A program made the translations under genes and the position numbers. This document shows positions 53,901 through 64,000 of a DNA stretch of 64,000 bases, piece by piece (position 1 is the stretch's first letter; every line of letters begins with the position of its first letter). The notes under the pieces are model-generated. The model was not told the DNA's origin, did no database searches, and was given only the letters and a program-made list of their open reading frames with translations. The stretch is taken from positions 23,934,001 to 23,998,000 of the forward strand of contig CM052817.1 of the NCBI GenBank assembly GCA_028534125.1, given 5' to 3'. The stretch is from Lama glama. Its lineage: Eukaryota.

Positions 53901-55704
53901 TTTCATGGTAGACTTTTTTATAATAACTCCAAAGCCATCTACGGAGATAAATTTATATGTTTTGAAGAAAATATATATACAATTATTAAACTTAGCATAG
54001 AGTTGATGGGAACTAAAATTTAAAGTTCTTCTGTGGACCACTGAACTTACTTTTAAACAATTAAAATATTTCTCTTTTCAGTTTTATATAAGTTGTCATT
54101 ATTTGAAGAGGAGGGCAAAGAATAAATATTAAAAAAAATCCACTCATACAAACAATTTTTTAATTCATCTCTTCCTTTTCTGACTTGGGTCTTTTCTGAG
54201 CTACAAACAAGATTATACATTTGAATATGAAAGCTAAGCCTGTTCTAATTATTTACTACTGTTCATGCAATGAAGACATTTTACATTTAGTCTAGGAAGC
54301 CTGTAAGTGTAATAATCCAGTCAGCATTGCCCTTGATTGTGACAGTTTAATCTTGACCACTCCACTGACTGTCACAAAAAAACAAAAACTTCATAGCACA
54401 TGTGCTTTTCAACAAATAGACATGCAAGATGTTTAGTAATACAAGAGAAAAAAAGTAAGAGAACCATTGTCTACTGAAAAAACAAAGCATACACTTTTCT
54501 TTTTATGTTTTTCTAATGGTAGTTATCCCTATTTTTAACTAAGGAGAATTTAAACTCTGGATTCCTTCCAAATGTTTATGCGGTTCATATGACATTTATG
54601 AATTCTAATTCTGGAGTCAGATAAACTATCCTCAGAGTTCTATTCATGGCACGCCCCCTCTTAAAAACCCTTCCGTTTCCCCAGAATCTGCCAAATACTC
54701 TAAATGCATGGCAACCACCACCAGTTCCCAGAAAACCCTTCTCTCTCTCACTGTTTCCCTCCAGCCAATTAGGAACATTCATCATGCCCTGAATTTTCCC
54801 ACCGACGGATTCACACAGAGAAATTGTGAAATCTCTTTCTTAGTCAGTTTTCAAATGATAGATTATTTTCCATTGTGATTGTCCTTGAAATGTTTGTGTG
54901 TGTGTCTGCATGATTATCCACTCATGCCAGGGTGGAGCCCGGCTGGTGTTTAGGGAAGCATGAATAGACCAGATTACTTCTAAGTCTTCCTCTTCATTTT
55001 AAGCTTTGGTGATTATCTGAATAGATAATTCTGTTTTCATTTATGTACTCAGTTCCTTTTTGTGTGACAAAAAAGCTCGAATATGTCCCTGCATCTATGC
55101 ACTCCAATTTTAAATGTCACTATGTAAAAAAGAAACACAAATGTGTCTCTTTGCAGTCATCTGCTCCCACTGCATGGAAGAGAGAAATAGAGAAAACGAC
55201 TTTATCACGAGATTGTGAGTTGTCAGAAGGCGGAATGTAATGACAGTACGGGTGCTACAGTATTTGTGTAAACTACCCAAATGATGAAATTTCAGTCCTT
55301 GAAATTCCTAAAACAGTGTTAAATCTTCTGGGTAAAGGCCAATGTTTAAAGTCCATTCTGGTAAAAGAGGATAGGATTCCAAAATAATTAATATTTGTGA
55401 AAACACTAAATGTGATTGCCCATTATACATTTACACTTTGGGGGAAATAATTTAATTTTAAAAATACATTTCTCTCTTTTCTATTGTGTAGTCCAAATTT
55501 GAGAAACTCCTAATATCTACTACTTCATCTCATGAAAGGACCATCCTTTTGGGGTTAATGAAGTAATTCTCGACTGTGGGAGATTATAGGGACAGCATAT
55601 AGTTTTTAGGGTTTTTTTTCCCTTTCCACAGTCATACACAGCATGTACTCCCAGAACACTGCTGTATTGATGTCTTTTAATCTTATTGTCTTAATGTCCT
55701 TTAA

Positions 55705-55962
<258 letters not shown>

Positions 55963-56953
55963 TGAAGAAGACATAAATATGTAATATAATAGTAAATGAG
56001 TTTTTCTCCTATAGTTTTAATGATCTAACGCTAGTGTCATCAGTGATACAGTGATGATTTGGAGCATACTGAATCTCATTCCAAAATAAATCCTTGCCTT
56101 ATTTGAAAGTCTTTTCTAGCTATTTTTTTTCTGTTGTTTTGTTTATGATATTTGTTGACAAAAAAAAATACTGAATATCTATGATAGAATTGATGCCAGA
56201 CATTGGGACTTTCATCTGATTCAAGATTTCCACCTGAGAGGATGGCTAAATAAGAGGCTAATCAATTAAAAATTTATGATTATGAATATTTGGTTATATT
56301 TAATTTGGGGGATGAAGATTTAATACACACAAACATTATTTGCAAGGTGTACAATGATGCATCAATGTACAGTTTATAAGACACGTTTCCTCAATATTTC
56401 CTATCCTTCTGGCCTCAACTCTCCCTCAAGCTCTCCCTGTTTCTCCATTGTTACTGTAAGTGGGAAATGAAGAAGAAAAGTTAGGGAGAAAACATAAATA
56501 ATGTATTTATAAATATTTTCCATAAACTTTGAAACTTTGGAATTATGCTAGATTTTTGTTAGCCATTTTTATATGAGAGGAAACAAATAAATATAGTCTT
56601 GTTTTTCTAGTTTCTGAAAATCACTCGATCTAACAATAGTTCTAATTAGAAATTACGTAAAATGTCTATTTTATTTTCTAGGTCATTTTGTTGCCTACAA
56701 TTAAGTGTGTTTCTCAGTTATTTATAACATAGGAGAGGGAACTTAGATTTCAGAAAGGCTTTCTAAAGAGAGGACCAAATGCTGTGATCTTTTATAAACA
56801 ATTGTAGTGTTGATTCCAGCCAATAAGGTATAGAAAAAGTATAAAACTATGTTCTATAAAATTTTCAGAAAACTGACTCAGAAATGTGCTGATATTTCGC
56901 ATCCTTTGCTATCAAAATATAGGAATATATATATATATTTTTTCTTTGTTTAG

Positions 56954-57199
<246 letters not shown>

Positions 57200-57991
57200 T
57201 GAGTTAGACCTTACTGTCACTAATTAACTTGATGGTAAACAAAGAAACTTAAGTGATTAAAAAGGTAACCAGATGTCATATTTAAATATCAGTACTGATA
57301 TTATGAAATATTTTTAATGTAGAAAAAATATTGTGGTTCCAGAAGGGTAATGATTTTAGCTGTAAAGTGTCCAAATGTATGCTATGTGATAAGATTGACA
57401 CAAAAGAGGTAAAATTAATCCTTGACTTCAAAAAAAATTATATGATTAATTATAAAGATATGATATGATGATTTTAATTTCTGTGATTAAGAGTGTTCTG
57501 TTAATGTGGGGAAAAGATTAACCTGATCGTCTACAAAACAAGTTAAATTTGAGTCTATATTTGCCATGCAGGCAGTTTCCTTTCTCTCCTAATTTTTATA
57601 ATTAAACAAAATCCTCATGAATAAGACTAATTTACATACTGAGTAACTAGCCAGAGATGAAATCAGAAGTGAAATGCTAATAACAAATAGGGTACACTGA
57701 GTAATACTAATTCTGACCTTAATTCCTGTCCTTTCATTTAATACTTTTTTCCCTAATAAGAAAGAAAGAAGGGAAACTTTCTATTCTTTGGTTCTGAAGG
57801 GAAATTTTTTTCTTCTTTGAAAAACCATCGGAGGGAGAAACAACTTCAGACATTTGATTGAAATAATAACTACTATTAACTGAGAAGCTACTATTTGCCG
57901 GGTTCCTTTTGTAGATTCTCATCCAACCTCCCCACCACTTTACCTTCATTTCATCAGTAAGAGATTGAAACTCAATGAGACTAAGAACTAG

Positions 57992-58303
57992 TACAACTAT
58001 CTGTAGGTTGATACTACTTTCAACCCTACTGTGGGGTGAAAATTTTACAAAAACAAAAAAAAATTCTGGAAACTTCTCCAAAGCAAAACTTGAATTTGCT
58101 ACAAACTGGCAACTATTTACATAGTGTTTACTCTGTACTAAGTATTATAAGTAATCTTGAAATGATTAAAAGTATACAGGAAGATACGTGCAGGTTATAT
58201 GCAAAGACTGTGCCATATTTTACTTGAGGGACTCGAGCATCCACAGATTTTGGTATCTGTGGGGTCCTGGAATCAGTGTCTTGTGGACATTGAGGGAGGA
58301 TGG
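57992..58303. mobile_element. TcMar-Tigger DNA transposon remnant (MER2/MER2B-like)
   Basis: 'gtattataagtaatcttgaaatgattaaaagtatacaggaagat...gactcgagcatccacagattttggtatctgtggggtcctggaa'. Confidence 0.8.
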
Positions 58304-60361
58304 ACTAAGGCTTGGTCTGGACTCAAGTATCTCCATTTCTAGTCATGACTGTATGTAGTCATCATCTGTTCAGTTTGAGGCTGCAAAACTAGCAATTGAG
58401 AAGTGGAATATTTGCACTTCCCACTGTGTTTCTAATTTAGGAAGCTGACAATAGTAGAACACTGGGTTGTGGCTAGGAGAAGTTAGACTTCCCCTAGTGT
58501 TAGCTAAGTGAGAGGTGACATAGAAATATAGGCATGATTCAGATTTTTACTACTTGGGAAATTATAGTCCAATTGGCAACTGAGTTAATCCATGTTCCTG
58601 TCTATCATGGTAAAGTAAGATTTAAAACCAAAAATATCCTGGAACTTCCAATTTAAAATGTATTAGTCTAACAGATTAAGACATTCGCTTTCAAATACCC
58701 CCAAATACATATACGTATTATTTTATATACATATATAGCACACACACACACACACACATATATTTAAAGGTGAGCACGTAACTCTAAAAATTGATTCCAA
58801 CTGTTGACCTATTGCTAGAATCTAGTAAGCAATTTCTATTGTCCATTTGGTAGCTTGCAAAGGATTAATGAAAAATAATTTGTGCCTGACATGTACTTTA
58901 CATCATAAACAAAGCAGCTCCATTTGCCAGAAAGATGATAGAAAAACAATTTTCCTGTCCCTGATTGTTAATCCCATAGTCTGTGTATACTAATGAGAAT
59001 ATAAATATGTCCCTGTAATACACACATATTTGTGGAAGTGACTAGATGAGAGTTTCTTTGCCCGTCCTTTGCTATATTTCCACATCCCTCAGAAACAACA
59101 GGGCAGAATGTGGAAAGAAATTGGAAATTTGTAATAAAAAAAAAAAGTGAAGTTGCTGAAAGCATAGGGGTAAAAGTACAGGCAATAAGAGGCCTAATAG
59201 ACATTCATGCTGAGGGTGGCATGTTTTCACACACTTAATCGATTCAAAGCATCGGAAAGCTAGTCAGCACAGATAGGAGAAGGTTACACCTCTGCCCAGA
59301 GAAATTATACTCAGTAAAAATGACTAGACACTGAAAATTGGTTCAGAAAGTATGCACACGGATCTGCCCTCTAGATCTGCGAAAGAGATTTAAGTGGCTA
59401 CCAAACTGAAAGTGGGTGGACAAATACTCATTCAAAGATAGGAAAAAAAATCCAAATTCTCCATGATGTCTTAAGGAAAAAAAATCAATACCAATCAACA
59501 CCCAGATTTCAAAAGAAGAACAAAAATAACAACAAAAAAAAAATCAAACTATAGACATAAGGAAATAGGACATCATCCTGACATTTCACAGTAATTTGAA
59601 TAATGAGAATTATAGTTACCTGGAGAATATTATAGAAATCTATTTTGTAAGTTTGGTAGTACCCAGTAAGCAAAATTTCTAAGAAATGGAAAGCCATCAG
59701 GATAGACCAGGAAAAGTGTAAAGGACAACAGGATGAGATACAAAGATTACAAGCTGAGATGAAAAGTCACCAAGTATGATAAGGACTCATCTGAAGTTAT
59801 GTAACCTAATAATTACAAGCACCATTGAAAAAGAGACCAAAATGACTGTAAAAGAAGCAATAATCAAAGACGTAGTTAAATGTAATTTGCTGATGTTGAT
59901 TAAAACTTTGAGTTAGAAAGTTTGATTTCAAAATTTATGAAAAAATCCCATATTTAGACATAATATGGCAAATTAAACTGTACATTTAAATAAAACATAC
60001 ATTTTATAAGCATCCAGTCAGCAGAAATAGATTAAGTGAAAAGGATAAAATCAGTCTAATCCCAGTTTCATTCTTTGTAGCACTGAATATCAAGGAAAAA
60101 TGGACTAAAACCTTCAAAGGGAAGGGTTTTCATCTAAAAAAAGTGATTTTTTTTTTAAATACAGGGGTTCACAAAATGTGCTACTCACATGTTCTTACAA
60201 TAAATCAGTAGATAAAATTAATGGGCTGATTTGATAAAATAAAATTTAAGAAATCAAGAATAGAGAGTCATTCTTATTTTCAAAAATCTGGAATTGAACA
60301 TAAATAATATAAAAGCAAAAAGAAAAAGACAAAGTAAAGTTCATATGGCAAAAAGATAACA

Positions 60362-60861
60362 NNNNNNNNNNNNNNNNNNNNNNNNNNNNNNNNNNNNNNN
60401 NNNNNNNNNNNNNNNNNNNNNNNNNNNNNNNNNNNNNNNNNNNNNNNNNNNNNNNNNNNNNNNNNNNNNNNNNNNNNNNNNNNNNNNNNNNNNNNNNNNN
60501 NNNNNNNNNNNNNNNNNNNNNNNNNNNNNNNNNNNNNNNNNNNNNNNNNNNNNNNNNNNNNNNNNNNNNNNNNNNNNNNNNNNNNNNNNNNNNNNNNNNN
60601 NNNNNNNNNNNNNNNNNNNNNNNNNNNNNNNNNNNNNNNNNNNNNNNNNNNNNNNNNNNNNNNNNNNNNNNNNNNNNNNNNNNNNNNNNNNNNNNNNNNN
60701 NNNNNNNNNNNNNNNNNNNNNNNNNNNNNNNNNNNNNNNNNNNNNNNNNNNNNNNNNNNNNNNNNNNNNNNNNNNNNNNNNNNNNNNNNNNNNNNNNNNN
60801 NNNNNNNNNNNNNNNNNNNNNNNNNNNNNNNNNNNNNNNNNNNNNNNNNNNNNNNNNNNNN
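60362..60861. other. Assembly gap (500 N)
   Basis: Run of N. Confidence 1.
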
Positions 60862-61255
60862 CCAAACCATTTATTGAATAGGATAGCCTTTCTCCATTGT
60901 GTGTTTTTGGCATCCTTGTCATAGATCAATTGACTATAGATGTGTGGATTTATTTCTAGGTTCTCCATTCTGTTCCATTGGTCTATATGTCTGTTTTTAT
61001 GCCAATACCACACTGTTTTGATTACTGTAGCTTTGTGGTACTTCCAGCATTGTTCTTCTTGCTTAAGATTGCTTTGGCTATTCAGGATCTTTTTTGGTTC
61101 TATATGAATTTTAGAAAATTTTTTCTATTTCTGTAAAGAATACCATTGGGATTTTGATAGGGATTGTATTGAATCTGTAGATCACCTTGGGTAGTACAGA
61201 ATATTAATTCTTCCAGTCTACAAACATGAGACATTTTTCCATTTGTCTGCATATC
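60862..61255 (-). mobile_element. L1 ORF2 fragment abutting the gap
   Basis: Minus-strand peptide [49 protein letters not shown] is L1 ORF2. Confidence 0.9.
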
Positions 61256-61282
61256 ATTTTCCTTGAATAGAATTTTGCTTGG

Positions 61283-61828
61283 TGTTTCAGTTACCTATCT
61301 CTTCATATCAAAATACTCCCCCAAAAAACCACTTCACTAGTTCTCATGATTCTGTAGGTTGTTTGGGGCCTCAGCTGGAAGGTTGTTTTGTTTATCTTAT
61401 TCGAGTCTGTTATGCATTGCAGTAAGAGAGTGTCTGATGTTGGGAAGTCCAAGATAGCATTATTCACATGTCTGGAGGCTTGGCAGTGGTAGCTGGTATG
61501 CAGAAGTGGTTGGGCCTTGTTCTCTCTCCATGGAGTCCCAAGGACTCTTTCTTTCCACCTGACTTCTCCATATCACCTCTTTCTGTCACGTGCTCTTTCC
61601 AGAAGAGTAGCTGGATTGCTGACATGAGGATCAGGACTTTCAAAAGTACAAAAGCAGATGCTGTGAGGCTTTCTTAATTCCTAAGCCTGTTATCAGATCA
61701 TTATTTCTGTAACAGTCTACTGATGGAAGTGAGTCACAGAGCTGACCCTAGGTCATTGTGGGGAAGCGTTACACAAGGACATGAATATTGAGAGACATGG
61801 GGAGTGTCTTTGGAGAACTGCTACCACA
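61283..61828. mobile_element. MaLR solo LTR (MLT1F/G/H-like) nested in an old LINE remnant
   Basis: TG...CA ends with near-TSD CTTGG (61278-61282) / TTTGG (61829-61833); MLT1 motifs 'gtccaagatagcattattcacatgtctgg' and 'acacaaggacatgaatat'. Confidence 0.7.
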
Positions 61829-61833
61829 TTTGG

Positions 61834-62750
61834 CATAAGATTCTAGGTTTACATTGTTTTTTTTTTTTTCATTTCCTTCATGATATTATGCTACTGTTTA
61901 TGGATTTTACTACTGCTGCTGTGAAGACCTCAGTAAATTCGATTTTCATAACTTGACAGGTGATCTGCTTTATCTTCCTGGCTGCTTTTAAGATCTTTTC
62001 TTTGTACTTGGTGTTCTGCATTTTTCTATAATGTATCTAGATGTGAATTTTAAAAACTTTTTGTGAATATAATACATTGTGCTTTCTAATTGGAATTTTG
62101 TGCTTTCACATTTATGAAAAATTAATATATGTTTTCTAATCAAATATTGCCTCACCTCCACTTTATGCACTCTATTCTTCTGGGTTTCCCGCGAGTTGTA
62201 TGTTAGACCATGCCCTTCTAAATTCCATATTTCTTTTTTTCTTTTAAATTTTCCATCTTCTTGTGTCTATATGTAAATGCTATATCCTGTGCACTGTTTT
62301 CACATTTCAGTTCAAGTGCCACAAATATTATATACTTTAAAATACACTTTTAATTTATGGTTGAGTTATTGTTTTCAGCAATTATATTTTTTATATCTTA
62401 AGATTCTTTGTAGCTCATATCCAGATATCCCTCATCATTCTTGATAGTCTCTTGCTGACTGCTTATTTTTAGACTATTCTTTATCTAATGAAACTTTTCA
62501 TACATAGTTGTTTTCATTTGGTAGCTACTCATTCTAATAAGTGTAGTTTTTGAGGGTGTTGCCTGTTGCTTCTGCCGACTGTGATCCATGGTATTTACCT
62601 CTTTACTTGTTTGGGGACTTTTGTTTGTGATCACGTATAGATGAGATTCCTGCAGGCATAAAAGGAGCTGCTTTGTTCCAGATGGCATTTATTTCTGTCT
62701 TTGCTGAGAACCAGGTGGTACTTCCCTGGGACTACTTCAGCCTCCTTGAG
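61834..62750 (-). mobile_element. Decayed L1ME/HAL1-type remnant
   Basis: T-rich L1-like ORF1 antisense motifs ('gctttaagatcttttctttgtacttggtgttctgc' type), continuing the sequence interrupted by the LTR. Confidence 0.5.
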
Positions 62751-63157
62751 AGTCTCAGTCAAGATCTCAAGTTCACCTTTTATGATGAGGATCTCAAGGA
62801 TCACAGTTCTTTGTTCTGCTCACTTGATTATCACTTACAGTTTTATTCTCCTGTATCTAAGTTATTGGAAAAGAATTTGTCCTCATAGTAATCCCATTAT
62901 TCCTGGCTGTTTGTTCCCTGACATTCAACCCTGGCTGCACTCATGTTTTGGAGGGGAATTTGAGACATTCCTTTAACATTCCTCCTGCTAAGTTCAAGCC
63001 CCACCCCCAAATGCATTAAAAAGTATATTTATCAGGATCTAGTTGTTTAATATTAGGGAGGGAGAGGCCTAGATTACTTACTCTCAATTTGTTATTTATA
63101 ATCTTGTGTTTTGTGAATGCAATCTATAATATTTAAAAGATTCCACCTAAAAGGTCA

Positions 63158-63450
63158 TTTTACTTACCTACTTACTTACTTACTTACTTATTTAATTTGT
63201 TTGTTTGTTTTATTGAGGTATAATTGACAAATAACATTGAAAAATATTTGAAGCATAGATCACAGTGATTTTACATATGGATACATTGTGAAAATTCCTT
63301 CCATCTACCCATCTACCTAATTAACACATCCATCACCTCACATACTGATCTTTTGAAAACATTTTGGTGGGAACATTTAAATTCTACTCTCTTAGCAAAT
63401 TTCAACTATACAACACAGTGTTATCAACTATAATCACCATGTTTTACATT
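63158..63450 (-). mobile_element. L1MA-type 3' end whose tail has become (TTAC)n/(TTTG)n microsatellites
   Basis: Repeats at 63158-63211 followed by 'tattgaggtataattgacaaataacattg...tactctcttagcaaatttcaa'. Confidence 0.8.
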
Positions 63451-63744
63451 AAGAAATAGTAGCTTTATAAGAAGTAAAGCCACACATGCAATACTTTTCT
63501 TTGTACTGATCAGCCAGCACTATACTGTCAACATAGGTTAACCTCATTCAATAGAGTGAAATGGGTTTAGCAAAATTTTGAAGCAAATGCTTACTGAGAA
63601 AATATGATTTTCCACATTTATTAAATATGGAAATAGGATACTGGAAATATTTTTAGTTCATTATATACCTTTGTATGCAAAAGCATGTAATGTTACCTGT
63701 GGATTTGAAAGCCAAGCAAGGATGAATTTAATTTTCCAAATCAA

Positions 63745-64000
63745 AAAGAAACTGTCACCTAGAATAGCCAACACAATATTGAAGGAAAAGGACAATACTG
63801 GAGGACCGACACTACCTGACTTCATGACCTGCTGTAAAGCTATGGTAATCAAGACAGTGTGGTACTGACAAAAGAAGAGACACACAGATCAATGGAACAG
63901 AACAGAGAGCCCAGAAGTAGATCTACAACTGATCTTTCACAAAGGAGAAAAGGCAATATAATGGAGCAAAAATAGTCTCTTCAACAAATGGGGCTGGAAC
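63745..64000 (+). mobile_element. L1 ORF2 fragment running off the window end
   Basis: Peptide PRIANTILKEKDNTGGPTLPDFMTCCKAMVIKTVWY* is decayed L1 ORF2. Confidence 0.9.

Noticed and set aside
60246..61013. ORFs of 193-255 aa
   Set aside because: Artefacts of translating through the N gap; the real part is a decayed L1 ORF2.

Overview
Eukaryotic (eutherian mammal) genomic DNA, mostly intronic/intergenic and rich in decayed repeats. No Alu, Bov-A/Bov-tA, PRE-1 or Can-SINE was recognised, and the young L1 tails suggest a camelid or other non-ruminant artiodactyl (inference). Two genes are arranged divergently. (1) A CpG island at ~13.2-14.1 kb has minus-strand splice donors and is inferred by synteny to be the promoter/non-coding first exon of ARAP2, so ~1-13.2 kb would be its first intron; no ARAP2 coding sequence is in the window. 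(2) The first five coding exons of DTHD1 (death domain containing 1) lie on the + strand at 46292-46562, 48847-49459, 52833-53163, 55714-55893 and 56954-57198. They splice in frame into 1640 nt of CDS, and the rest of the gene is beyond the window. The remainder is L1, L2, MIR, LTR (MaLR, ERVL, ERV1) and DNA-transposon remnants, microsatellites and a 500-N assembly gap; repeat family names were assigned by eye from remembered consensus sequences. I found no convincing novel biological system. The best points for a second look are a GC-AG first intron in DTHD1, a PIDD1-like tandem ZU5 region lacking the autoproteolytic HFS motif, an RFX X-box upstream of DTHD1, extremely truncated retrotransposition events with clean target-site duplications, and a local 52-bp duplication between two MIRs.
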